DNA from: Brevibacterium luteolum
GTDB lineage: Bacteria > Actinomycetota > Actinomycetes > Actinomycetales > Brevibacteriaceae
Length of the DNA: 55,456 nucleotides
Assembly: GCF_013004595.1 (NCBI RefSeq)
Contig: NZ_JABEMC010000007.1
Coordinates: forward strand, 62,001-117,456
Direction of reading: 5' to 3'
Made by a program: the position numbers and the translations under genes. The notes beneath the pieces are model-generated. The model did not search any database and was not told the DNA's origin. It saw only the letters and a program-made list of their open reading frames with translations. Within the stretch, counting starts at the first letter, position 1; each line of letters opens with the position of its first letter. Shown here piece by piece: positions 19,305 to 28,538 of the stretch.

Positions 19305-20942
19305 ATGTCACACATGATGATCACCGGCCCCATGCAGCGCGGCTACGAAACTGTGCTGACCCGTGAGGCTCTCGACTTCGTCGCCGCGCTGCACGCGAAC
19401 TTCTTCGCCCGCCGCCGTGAGATCCTCGCCGCCCGCGATGTGCGCCGGGCCGCGATCGACCACGGCCGGCTGCCGGACTTCAAGGACGAGACCCGCGAGA
19501 TCCGTGAGGATCCCGGCTGGCAGGTCGCCGGCCACCGCGGCGCCCCTGGCCTCGAAGACCGCCGCGTCGAGATCACCGGACCGGTCTCGGCACCGATGGC
19601 GATCAACGCACTGAACTCCGATGCCAAAGTGTGGCTGGCCGATCTCGAAGATGCCACCAGCCCGACCTGGGACAACATCGTCACCGGCATCGGCAACCTC
19701 AGCCAGGCAGTCCGCGGCACCCTCGAATTCACCGATGAGGCCAAGGGCAAGCACTACGAAGTGACCAATCCGGCTCCGCCGACGATGGTCGTGCGACCCC
19801 GCGGCTGGCACCTGCCGGAGAAGCACCTGCGCTACGTCGACGACCACGGCACCGACACCTCGGCATCGGCCTCACTGGTCGACTTCGGTCTGTTCTTCTT
19901 CCACAACGCCCAGGCGCTCATCGACGCCGGCCGCGGCCCCTACTTCTACCTCGCCAAGCTCGAGGCCGCCCGCGAGGCGAAGCTGTGGGACGACGTGTTC
20001 AGCTTCGCTGAGGACTACCTCGGGCTCAGCCACGGCACGATCCGAGCGACCGTGCTCATCGAGACGATCACGGCTGCCTTCCAGATGGAGGAGATCCTCT
20101 ACGAGCTGCGCGACCACTGCGCCGGACTCAACGCCGGCCGCTGGGACTACATCTTCTCGATGATCAAGAACTTCCGCAGCCACCGCGAGTTCGTGCTGCC
20201 GGACCGGTCGCAGGTGTCGATGACGGTGCCGCTCATGCGCGCCTACACCGAACACCTCGTCAAGGTCTGCCACAAGCGCGGGGCGCATGCGATCGGCGGA
20301 ATGAGCGCTTTCATCCCCAACCGCCGCCAACCGGAGGTCACGGAGAACGCCTTCGCCCAGGTGAAAGCCGACAAGGACCGCGAGGCCGCTGACGGATTCG
20401 ACGGCTCGTGGGTCGCGCACCCCGACCTCATCCCGATCGCCAGGGAGTCCTTCGACGCGGTGCTCGGCGACAAGCCCAACCAGCTCGACCGGCAGCGCGA
20501 CGACGTCGAGACCACCGCAGCCGACCTGCTGTCGATGGAGGGCCTCGATGCCCAGCCGACCGAAGCCGGCGTGCGCGCCAACATCCGGGTCGGGCTCGGC
20601 TACCTCAACGCCTGGCTCTCAGGCACCGGGGCGGCAGCGCTGAACAACCTCATGGAGGATGCTGCGACCGCTGAGATCTCCCGCTCGCAGATCTGGCACT
20701 GGATCCACCACGGCGTCATCCTCGAAGACGGCCGCCCGGTCACCCGCCGGCTCGTCGAGCGGATCATGGCCGAGGAGCTCGCAACGATCCGCCGTCACCC
20801 GGCCGACCACTACTGCGACGCCGTGCAGATCTTCCGCGAGACCGCACTGGACGACGACCTGCCCGACTTTTTCACCACACCGGCCTACAAGCAGTTCCTC
20901 GTCCACCGCCACGCCCGGGAGTACGGGGCGCTGGCCGCATAG
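19305..20942 (+). CDS. aceB: Malate synthase A
   Basis: DRRVEITGP, VRPRGWHL, GLNAGRWDYIFS, NLMEDAATAEISRSQIW; 545 aa. Confidence 0.97.
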   Translation: MSHMMITGPMQRGYETVLTREALDFVAALHANFFARRREILAARDVRRAAIDHGRLPDFKDETREIREDPGWQVAGHRGAPGLEDRRVEITGPVSAPMAINALNSDAKVWLADLEDATSPTWDNIVTGIGNLSQAVRGTLEFTDEAKGKHYEVTNPAPPTMVVRPRGWHLPEKHLRYVDDHGTDTSASASLVDFGLFFFHNAQALIDAGRGPYFYLAKLEAAREAKLWDDVFSFAEDYLGLSHGTIRATVLIETITAAFQMEEILYELRDHCAGLNAGRWDYIFSMIKNFRSHREFVLPDRSQVSMTVPLMRAYTEHLVKVCHKRGAHAIGGMSAFIPNRRQPEVTENAFAQVKADKDREAADGFDGSWVAHPDLIPIARESFDAVLGDKPNQLDRQRDDVETTAADLLSMEGLDAQPTEAGVRANIRVGLGYLNAWLSGTGAAALNNLMEDAATAEISRSQIWHWIHHGVILEDGRPVTRRLVERIMAEELATIRRHPADHYCDAVQIFRETALDDDLPDFFTTPAYKQFLVHRHAREYGALAA

Positions 20943-20982
20943 CTGAGATCGACCGTCGGAGGATGTCTCCGGCCCTGCAGAC

Positions 20983-21021
20983 AACAGCTGCCGCACCGTG
21001 CGAGCCGGTGCGGCAGCTGTT
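20983..21021. terminator. Hairpin between convergent aceB and the siderophore operon
   Basis: AACAGCTGCCGCACCG / CGGTGCGGCAGCTGTT, perfect 16-bp stem. Confidence 0.7.
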
Positions 21022-21095
21022 CTGCGTCCAGCAGCTGGTGAGTGCGTGCCGGCAGCGCGCGGCAGGGTGCGTGCCCGCAGCGCGCGGCAGGCCGC

Positions 21096-22067
21096 TCAGT
21101 TGCCGGAGACTCCCGGCTTCCAATAGCCCATGAACGAGCACTGCCGCTTGTCGAAGCTGTGGTCGTTGAGCAGGATCCGCCGCACCTGCTTGACCGTCGG
21201 TGCGTCGGCGGCTACCCACGTATACAGCGCGCCGGCAGCCTCGGCTTCCTCCCACAGAAGTGCCTCGCCGCTGTCAGGTTCGGTCTCGCCCGTTCCCGAG
21301 GCGGGAGTCGCCATCCGTGCATCCCCAGCCGCCGCATCCGGCCCAGCCCCCGCCTCGGCGCCGGCTGCGGAGTGTGCTGCGGCCCAGGCCGCGACGGCTG
21401 CGCACAGCTGTTCCCCGCGCGCGGCTGTCGGCGCGCCGGATTCTGCGAGGCGCGGCAGCCAGGTGATGACATCGTCAGCCCGGCAGTCGAGATCGAGGAT
21501 GTCGGCTGAGGTGGGCACCTCGATGAAGGCCCGCAGGCGAGCCGGACTGCCGTCGCGCTGTTCGCAGGCGTTGGCGATCGCCGGGACGGCAGTCTCATCG
21601 CCGATGAGGACGATCTGCTCGGCAGCACCGGGCCGATAGGCCACGCCGCTCGTGTCATGGCCCGGCACTCGCGCGTCGGGGCCGACGAGGATGACCTCCT
21701 GCCCCAACGCCGCGGTGAGGGCGAAGCGGCTGGCGGGACTGGAGGTGCCGTGGGTGACGAAGTCGACGACGACCCGGCCGGCGGCCTGGTCGACTGCCCG
21801 CACCGTATAGGTGCGTATCTGCGGGCGGTCCTCCGCCGGCTGCTCACGCCACCAGGTCAGCCAGTCGGGCGCGGCCAGTGCGGCGGCACGCTGACGGTCA
21901 TCGGCGAGAACGAGCTTCATCCGCTGGTCGAGGCGGGTGCCGCCGAAGGCCCGGAGCGCATCGCCGGCGAAGGTCAGCCGGGTAAAGTGCGGGCTGAGCT
22001 GGGTGCGTTCGACGAGTGCGGCAGGGAATGCCGTGTAGGGGTTCTGGGAGCGGTCGGCAGTGGTCAT
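21096..22067 (-). CDS. Siderophore-interacting protein (ViuB/YqjH-like reductase)
   Basis: LSPHFTRLTF, RTYTVR, DFVTHG, GDETAVPAI, FMGYWKPG; start overlaps the permease stop (ATGA). Confidence 0.92.
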   Translation of the reverse strand: MTTADRSQNPYTAFPAALVERTQLSPHFTRLTFAGDALRAFGGTRLDQRMKLVLADDRQRAAALAAPDWLTWWREQPAEDRPQIRTYTVRAVDQAAGRVVVDFVTHGTSSPASRFALTAALGQEVILVGPDARVPGHDTSGVAYRPGAAEQIVLIGDETAVPAIANACEQRDGSPARLRAFIEVPTSADILDLDCRADDVITWLPRLAESGAPTAARGEQLCAAVAAWAAAHSAAGAEAGAGPDAAAGDARMATPASGTGETEPDSGEALLWEEAEAAGALYTWVAADAPTVKQVRRILLNDHSFDKRQCSFMGYWKPGVSGN

Positions 22068-24238
22068 GAGCGGCGCATCCTCCATAGGAGCCAGATGAAG
22101 TAGGGACAGCCGATGACAGCAGTGATGAGGCCGGCCGGGATCTGCGACGGGGCGATGACGGTCCGGCCGATGGCATCGGCGATGGTGAGCAGCAGCGCGC
22201 CGAGCAGCCCGGCCAGCGGCAGCAGGTAACGGTGGGTGCGCCCGATGAGCAGGCGCGCGGCGTGCGGTGCGACGAGGCCGAGGAAGGCGATCGTGCCGAC
22301 GCTGATCGTGGCCGCGGCGACGAGGACGAGGGCGCAGGCGACGAGGACGCTGCGGGTGCGTCCGACGTGCACACCGAGCACCTGCGGGGTGGTGTCGTCC
22401 ATCTGGACGAGGTCGAGGTCGCGGGAGACGGCGGCGAGCACGGAGCCGGTGACGACGATGGCGATGATCATCGGCAGGCACTCGACGGCGGTGGCGCCGT
22501 AGGTCGAGCCGGCCAGCCACGTCATCGCCTTCGTCTGATTCCACGGATCGGTTTGCACGAGCATGAGGGTGGTGAGTGCGGTTGCGGCAGCGGAGATGCT
22601 GATTCCAGCGAGCACCATGCGGGCATGGTCGAGGCCGGTGCGCGCTGAGATGCCGAAGAGCACCAGACCCACTGCCGAGGCGCCGGTGAGTGCTGCGCAC
22701 AGGATCGCCCAGAAGCTGGTGGTCCCGGTGATGACGATGACGGCGACCGCCCCAGTGGCTGCGGCGGCGGAGATGCCGAGCACGCCGGGGTCGGCGAGGG
22801 GATTGCGGGTGACGCCCTGCAGGATCGCACCGGCCAGTGCGAGGCTGAGCCCGCCGAGAACGGCAGCGAAGACACGCGGCACCCGGGTCTCCAGGATGAT
22901 CTCGATGCGCACGCTGGCCTGGTGGGTCAGCCAGTTGACGACATCGCCGCCAAGCAGCATCGCATCGCCGACGAGCACCGAACCAGCGATCGCCGCCATC
23001 AGCAGGCCAGTGCAGATGGTGATGAGCAGGACGGGGTGGCGCAGACCGAATCCGGTGCCGGCGCGCATCGTGACAAGGGAATCGGAGTCGAAGCCGGAGC
23101 GGGCGGTGCAGGCGAGTGCGGCGAGGAAGACCGCGCCGATGATCGAGGTGACGACACCGGTGGGGACCGAGACACCTTGCTGGGAGCCGAGCAGTGCGCG
23201 CATGAGGACATCGGCACCGATGACGAGGAAGGCGCCGAGCAGCGCGGAGACGACGATGAGGCTGCGCTGGCGGGTCAGGCCGGGGAAGAATCCCACGAGC
23301 AGGCGGGTCAGAGCCGGAGCACACAGGCCGACGAAGCCCACCGGGCCGGCGATCGTCACCGCCACCGCCGTGCACACGACGGCGATGACGAGGAACACCG
23401 CCTGCCAAGCCCGCACCCGCACGCCCAGGCTGGTCGCAGCGTCGTCGCCGAGCTGGAGCGCATCGAGGCGTCGGCCGAACAGCAGCAGCGCCGCAGTCGC
23501 GCAAGCCAGGACCGGCAGCAGGGTGGTGACCCCCTGGATGCCGGCCTGGCTGAGGCTGCCGGCCCCCCAGGCGAAGAGCCCCTGTGTCTGCCAGGGGAAG
23601 AACAGCAGCAGCATCGAGGTCACGGCTGCAAGGCCCAGGGCGATGACCGAGCCGGCCAGCACCATCCGGATCGGTGAGCTGTGCGGTCCGGTGGAGAGGC
23701 CGATGACGAGACCTGCGGCGAGCAGCCCTCCGGCGAACGCCACTCCGGCGCTGGAGATGAACGGCAGGCTGACGCCGAAGGCAGCGACGGCGGTGAGAGC
23801 GAAGTAGGCCCCGGCATTGACTCCGAGGGTATCGGGCGAGGCCAGGGAGTTGCGGGTGATCGACTGCAGGATCCCGCCGGAGAGCCCGAGGGCGGCACCA
23901 ACGGCCAGCCCGGCGAACAGCCGCGGCAGCCGCGCATCGATGATGACCGCGCTCGCCTCAGCCGTGGAGCCGGTGAGGGTGCCGGTGAGCGCCTGCCACA
24001 CCTCGGCCGGACTCAGCTCCGATGTGCCCTGCAGGAGATGGAGCAGGCTCAGCAGCGCCAGCAGCACCGCGACCGGCGTGGTCAGCAGCCCGAGGCGCAG
24101 CGCGCGCCGCGACCGGACTGCCCGCGGCGCTCGAGCCGCAGCCCCGGCGTCCATTCCGGCCCCCGCCCCGGCTTCTGCTCCAGCCCCTGCCCCCGCCGGC
24201 GCGGCCGACCGACCTGCTGTCGTGGTGCGAATCGTCAT
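22064..24238 (-). CDS. fhuB: Fused two-domain iron-siderophore ABC permease (FhuB-like)
   Basis: Two FecCD repeats: RLPR...TRNSLASPDTLG...GDDAATSLG and RVPR...TRNPLADPGVLG. Confidence 0.9.
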   Translation of the reverse strand: MTIRTTTAGRSAAPAGAGAGAEAGAGAGMDAGAAARAPRAVRSRRALRLGLLTTPVAVLLALLSLLHLLQGTSELSPAEVWQALTGTLTGSTAEASAVIIDARLPRLFAGLAVGAALGLSGGILQSITRNSLASPDTLGVNAGAYFALTAVAAFGVSLPFISSAGVAFAGGLLAAGLVIGLSTGPHSSPIRMVLAGSVIALGLAAVTSMLLLFFPWQTQGLFAWGAGSLSQAGIQGVTTLLPVLACATAALLLFGRRLDALQLGDDAATSLGVRVRAWQAVFLVIAVVCTAVAVTIAGPVGFVGLCAPALTRLLVGFFPGLTRQRSLIVVSALLGAFLVIGADVLMRALLGSQQGVSVPTGVVTSIIGAVFLAALACTARSGFDSDSLVTMRAGTGFGLRHPVLLITICTGLLMAAIAGSVLVGDAMLLGGDVVNWLTHQASVRIEIILETRVPRVFAAVLGGLSLALAGAILQGVTRNPLADPGVLGISAAAATGAVAVIVITGTTSFWAILCAALTGASAVGLVLFGISARTGLDHARMVLAGISISAAATALTTLMLVQTDPWNQTKAMTWLAGSTYGATAVECLPMIIAIVVTGSVLAAVSRDLDLVQMDDTTPQVLGVHVGRTRSVLVACALVLVAAATISVGTIAFLGLVAPHAARLLIGRTHRYLLPLAGLLGALLLTIADAIGRTVIAPSQIPAGLITAVIGCPYFIWLLWRMRRS

Positions 24239-24297
24239 GTTCGTGTGATGCCTGTCGTGTGTCGGCTCTGCGTTTCAGCCCTCGGTTCCCCGCCGCG

Positions 24298-25275
24298 TCA
24301 CTGCTCGGCGACGATGCCGGCCACCTCGTCGGCGAAGGCTCCGAGCGAGGTGGTGCCGCCGTAGAGCCAGATGCCCGTCCCGGCTGGGGCGACGCGGTCT
24401 GCGGTGACGAACGGCAGCCCGGTCCACACCGCGTTCTTCTTCAGGGTCTCCATTGGGTCGCCTTCGTCTGCGTCGACCCAGTACAGGAAGTGCGTGTCGT
24501 CCGGCAGCGTGCGCAGACCCTCGACATCGGTCGTCGTCAGTCCGTAGGCTTCATCGCCCTGCTCTGTCGAGGCATCGGTCAGGCCGATCGCCCGGCCCAC
24601 CTCCGAGGACGCCGATCCGGGGCCGTGGAGTCGGAAGGTCATCGAGTTCGCCTCGTTGTACGGGTACGCGAAGACCATCGGGTCGCCGGTCTTGCCGGCC
24701 TCCTCGACACTCTCCTTCGCCTTCTGCAGGGCGGCGTCGAAATCCGCCTCGAGCTCGTCTGCCTCGGCTTCCTTGCCCAGCAGCGTGGCGACATCGTGCT
24801 GGTTCTTCTTGACGAGGTCGAACAGGCCATCAGCAGTCGCGGAGTTGAACACGGCGACGGGGGCGATGCGCTCCATCTGCTTCATCGCCTCCTCGGGGAT
24901 CGAGGAGGTGTCGGCGAGGATGAGGTCGGGTGCGAGGTCGGCGATCGCGTCGATGCTCGGCTCGGTGCGCATCCCGACGTCGACCGGGTCCCCTGACAGC
25001 GGCACGCGCGCGGACCACACCCCGTACCCCTTCGGGTCGGCCACGCCGATTGGGTCGACGCCGAGGGACACGGCGTATTCGGTGACGGACCATTCGAGTG
25101 TGACGACCTTCTGCGCGGGGGCGTCGAGGGAGACGGGGACTCCGCGGGCGTCGGTGATCGAGACGGGGTCGCCGGTGGCGGCAGTCGGATCGCCGGCCGG
25201 CGCGTCGGTCGTGCCGCAGCCGGTGAGGGCGAGGGTGCTAATGAGGGCTGCAAGCCCGAGTGTGCGCAGTTTCAT
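24298..25275 (-). CDS. Iron-siderophore ABC substrate-binding lipoprotein (FhuD-like)
   Basis: Lipobox LTGC, KVVTLEW, DVGMRTEPSIDAIADLAPDLI; GAAGGA RBS. Confidence 0.9.
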   Translation of the reverse strand: MKLRTLGLAALISTLALTGCGTTDAPAGDPTAATGDPVSITDARGVPVSLDAPAQKVVTLEWSVTEYAVSLGVDPIGVADPKGYGVWSARVPLSGDPVDVGMRTEPSIDAIADLAPDLILADTSSIPEEAMKQMERIAPVAVFNSATADGLFDLVKKNQHDVATLLGKEAEADELEADFDAALQKAKESVEEAGKTGDPMVFAYPYNEANSMTFRLHGPGSASSEVGRAIGLTDASTEQGDEAYGLTTTDVEGLRTLPDDTHFLYWVDADEGDPMETLKKNAVWTGLPFVTADRVAPAGTGIWLYGGTTSLGAFADEVAGIVAEQ

Positions 25276-25471
25276 GCTGTTCCTTCTGATGAGGGTTCCC
25301 GCCAGCGCAGCTGCCGGCAGGTGGGTGCGGTCGTGGAGTGAGGGTGCCGGTTCCGGCGCCGAGGTCGCAGCGCCGGTGGCATGCGGGCCGGCGCCGAGGC
25401 GGTGCTTCCTGGCGCGGCCGTATGTGTGCCGATGCCCCGCCCAGGGCACAGGCGCAGGTGGCGTTTCGGTT

Positions 25472-26401
25472 TCAGGCCGAGGCGGCGATGGACGGGCCGG
25501 CGATCGGATCAGCGGCTCTGTGTGCAGCGGCGCTGTGATCAGCGATGCAGGGCCGCCCAGGATCGAGATCCGTGGCGCTGGGCCGGGCTGCGCCGCTGCG
25601 CCGGGGCGGGCGGGGACGCACCTCGATGCGCTCGGCTGCGCGGCTGTAGTCGGTGGTGATGTCGATGCCGTAGACGGTGCTGAGCACCTGGCCGTCGAGC
25701 ACCTCGGCCGGAGTGCCTGCGGCGGCGATGCGCCCGGCGGAGAGCAGGACGATGCGGTCGGCGACGGCGGCGGCGTGGTTGAGATCGTGAAGCACCACGC
25801 CGATGCACACGCCGTGGTCGTGGGCGAGGCTGTGGAGGAGTTCGAGGAGTTCGACCTGATACTTCAGGTCGAGGTGGTTGGTCGGTTCGTCCAGAAGCAG
25901 CACCTCGGTGTTCTGCGCCAGGCAGGAGGCGAGCCACACGCGCTGGAGCTGGCCGCCGGAGAGCTCGTCGACGGGGGAGTCGGCGACGGCGGTGACGCCG
26001 GTGAGCGCCATGGCGCGCTCAACGACGGCGGCACCATCCGGATCACCGGTGCGGATCCGGCCCTGGTACGGGTGCCGGCCGAGGGCGACGGCCGCGCGCA
26101 CCGGCAGTCCCTGAGGGACCGGCCGGGACTGCGCAAGCATCGTGAGCCGGCGGGCGAGCTGGCGAGAGGGAAGAGCGGCAGCATCGGTGCCGTCGGAGAA
26201 CGTCACGCTGCCAGCCGACAACGGCTGCAGTCGGGCGAGTCCGCGCATGAGCGTGGACTTCCCCGAGCCGTTGGGTCCGACGAGGGCGGTGACCCGGCCC
26301 GGCTGCAGTTCGAGGCTGACATCGGTGACGACGTCGCCGCGGGAGTAGCCGATCCGCAGCTGTGTGCCGTGCAGACCGGAATGAGTCGAAGATAGTTTCA
26401 C
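25472..26401 (-). CDS. Iron-siderophore ABC ATP-binding protein (FhuC-like)
   Basis: GPNGSGKST, LSGGQLQR, LLLDEPTNHLD, VLHDLN. Confidence 0.92.
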   Translation of the reverse strand: MKLSSTHSGLHGTQLRIGYSRGDVVTDVSLELQPGRVTALVGPNGSGKSTLMRGLARLQPLSAGSVTFSDGTDAAALPSRQLARRLTMLAQSRPVPQGLPVRAAVALGRHPYQGRIRTGDPDGAAVVERAMALTGVTAVADSPVDELSGGQLQRVWLASCLAQNTEVLLLDEPTNHLDLKYQVELLELLHSLAHDHGVCIGVVLHDLNHAAAVADRIVLLSAGRIAAAGTPAEVLDGQVLSTVYGIDITTDYSRAAERIEVRPRPPRRSGAARPSATDLDPGRPCIADHSAAAHRAADPIAGPSIAASA

Positions 26402-26437
26402 GTTAGTAAGTTAGGCCTTACTAACGAAGACTGTCAA
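26401..26437 (-). promoter_or_regulatory. Leaderless sigma70-type promoter overlapped by a DtxR/IdeR iron box
   Basis: Minus strand TTGACA-N18-TAACTT-N6-GTG; palindrome CGTTAGTAAG-ttaggc-CTTACTAACG with a close match to TTAGGTTAGGCTAACCTAA. Confidence 0.85.
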
Positions 26438-26488
26438 CCGCTGTTCAGGCGCTGTCCCGCCCTGCGGACGACTGCGCCCCGACGGCGC

Positions 26489-27322
26489 TCAGGTGCGGGC
26501 GACCTCGTGAGCGGCTTCGAGACGCGAGTTCTCCAGCACCGGGATCCGCGCCCGGATCTCAGCGACGGAGTCGGTGTCGAGTTCGGCGACGAGCAGCTCG
26601 GTGTCCTCCCCGGCGGCGGCGAGCACGCTGCCATCCGGTGCGCTGATGAAGGAGTGGCCGACGCCGGTCGGAGCCTTCGGGTGCACCTCGACGCCGGTGA
26701 CCTGCGGATCCGCCTGATCGCAGGCGAGGACGAAACTCGTCGAGTCGAGCGCCCGCGCCCGCCCGAGCAGCTGCCACTGCTCGACTTTGCCCTCACCGGC
26801 GCCCCACGACGCCGAGGCGACGATCACCTCGGCCCCGGAGCGCGCCAGGGCGGTGAAGAGGGCTGGGAAGCGGATGTCGTAGCAGATCGTCAGCCCGACG
26901 GTGACGCCGTCGATGTCCACCGCGGCGAGCGTCTCGCCCGGGGTGACATCATCGGATTCGCGGTGTCCGAAGGCGTCGAAGAGGTGGATCTTGTCGTAGT
27001 GCGCCTCGACTCGTTCCCCGGTGGAGTCGACGCCGGTGAGGAAGAGGGTGTTGATGACGCGCTCGCCGGTGCCGGGCCGGAACATGCCGACCGCGGCCAC
27101 CAGTCCGGCCTCGGCGGTGAGCTCGCGCAACCGCTGTGCGAACGGCCCGTCGAGCTCCTCGGCGTTGGCCTCGAGGTCCGCGCCGAAGGGCACCATCGTC
27201 GCCTCCGGGAAGACGACGAGCCGCACGTGCTGAGCTGCCGCATCCTGCAGCTTCTCGGCGATGAGCGCGAGGTTGGCGTCTTTGTCCGGAGTGGTGTTGA
27301 TCTGAGCGATGGCAACCTTCAT
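26489..27322 (-). CDS. Carbon-nitrogen hydrolase (nitrilase family)
   Basis: VVFPE, YDKIHLFD and ICYDIRFP giving the Glu-Lys-Cys triad. Confidence 0.92.
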   Translation of the reverse strand: MKVAIAQINTTPDKDANLALIAEKLQDAAAQHVRLVVFPEATMVPFGADLEANAEELDGPFAQRLRELTAEAGLVAAVGMFRPGTGERVINTLFLTGVDSTGERVEAHYDKIHLFDAFGHRESDDVTPGETLAAVDIDGVTVGLTICYDIRFPALFTALARSGAEVIVASASWGAGEGKVEQWQLLGRARALDSTSFVLACDQADPQVTGVEVHPKAPTGVGHSFISAPDGSVLAAAGEDTELLVAELDTDSVAEIRARIPVLENSRLEAAHEVART

Positions 27323-27610
27323 TGCGGCTCCTCTTCGGTGGATCTGGGTGCGGATGTGTTCGGTGGACCTGGGTGCGGATGCGGTGCAGGGCTCAGCAGA
27401 GCATGTATGACTGCCAGGCTAGGCTGAACAATCCGGTGATTCCAGTGGGGCCCGCTGGGCGGTCGGCGGCACAGGAACGTCGCCGGGTGATTGTGCTCGC
27501 AGACCTGAGTATGCACGTCACCTCTCTGGTGAAGTCCTCTCGGGCCACGGGTCGTGGGAACCCGACGGCCTGTTCCTGTGGGCAGGCGCCCCGACGCATA
27601 TACTGAAGCT

Positions 27611-28000
27611 ATGACGATCCTCATCGGTTACCTGCCCGCGCCGGAAGGCGAGGCCGCCCTCGAAACCGCGTTCGCAGAAGCGAAGCTGCGCAACACTGAC
27701 GTCGTCGTCCTCAACTCGCCGCGCCGCGGAACCACGGACAGCATCACCCAGATCCAGCAGGAGGATGCTGAGCGCATCCTCGCCCAGGCCTCCGAGCACG
27801 GCGTCACCGCTCGTGTCGAACAGCCTGCTCACGAAGACGATCTCGTCCAGACCCTCAACGAATGGGCCGAACAGGAAGACGCCGACCTCATCGTCATCGG
27901 CCTGCGCAAGCGCAGCGCGATCGGCAAGTTCATCCTCGGCTCGCAGGCCCAGCGCATCCTGCTCGAAGCCGATGTCCCTGTGCTGACCGTCAAGGCCTGA
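27611..28000 (+). CDS. Universal stress protein
   Basis: ADLIVIGLRKRSAIGKFILGSQAQRILLEADVPVLTV; TATACT-N6-ATG. Confidence 0.92.
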   Translation: MTILIGYLPAPEGEAALETAFAEAKLRNTDVVVLNSPRRGTTDSITQIQQEDAERILAQASEHGVTARVEQPAHEDDLVQTLNEWAEQEDADLIVIGLRKRSAIGKFILGSQAQRILLEADVPVLTVKA

Positions 28001-28018
28001 GCCAGCACGCTACCTGAC

Positions 28019-28240
28019 TCAGCCGCCGCTGGGCTGCCAGTCGCTGCCTGTCGAAGACGGCGCCGGCGTCGACGGGTCATCGAAATCAGCGCCGGGGCTC
28101 ACGAGGAAGAAGGCAACCGCGATCGCGACGCCGAGGACGATGAGGGCTACGACGGCAGCGACGAGACCGATGAGGCAGCCGCAGCCGCGGTTGCCGCGGC
28201 GCCGGTCGTGGGTGTAGCCGCCGTAGGGATAGAAGCTCAT
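28019..28240 (-). CDS. 73-aa single-pass membrane protein, paralog 2
   Basis: MSFYP...RRR..RGCGC + TM helix + TPAPSSTGSDWQPSGG; CACAAT-N6-ATG. Confidence 0.75.
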   Translation of the reverse strand: MSFYPYGGYTHDRRRGNRGCGCLIGLVAAVVALIVLGVAIAVAFFLVSPGADFDDPSTPAPSSTGSDWQPSGG

Positions 28241-28298
28241 GACCCCATTGTGCCCACTCGCAGGCGTGCGCGCTCAGCTGCCGCAGCACCCGCCTGAC

Positions 28299-28520
28299 TC
28301 ACCCGCCGCTGGGCTGCCAGTCGTCGCCCGTCGACGACGGCGCAGGTGTCCTTGGGCCGGTTCCGGAGGAACCGTCGTGCGTCATCGCCGTGATGAACAC
28401 GATGACGGCAATCGTGATCGCGAAGATGAAGGCGATCCCCAGCATGACGATCGCACAGCCGCAGCCGTGCATGCCGCGCCGCCGACGATAGGGACCATGC
28501 CCCTGGGGATAGAAGCTCAT
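28299..28520 (-). CDS. 73-aa single-pass membrane protein, paralog 1
   Basis: MSFYP...RRRR..HGCGC + TM helix + TPAPSSTGDDWQPSGG; CACAAT-N6-ATG. Confidence 0.75.
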   Translation of the reverse strand: MSFYPQGHGPYRRRRGMHGCGCAIVMLGIAFIFAITIAVIVFITAMTHDGSSGTGPRTPAPSSTGDDWQPSGG

Positions 28521-28538
28521 GCTCCCATTGTGTCCAGC

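Noticed and set aside
22068..23504. 802-aa version of the siderophore-interacting protein
   Set aside because: The extension is an Arg/Pro-rich alternative frame inside fhuB; the real start is 22067
27413..27431. Weak DtxR-like site upstream of the nitrilase gene
   Set aside because: Only about 12 of 19 positions match with poor symmetry; TAGGCT is equally a -10-like hexamer
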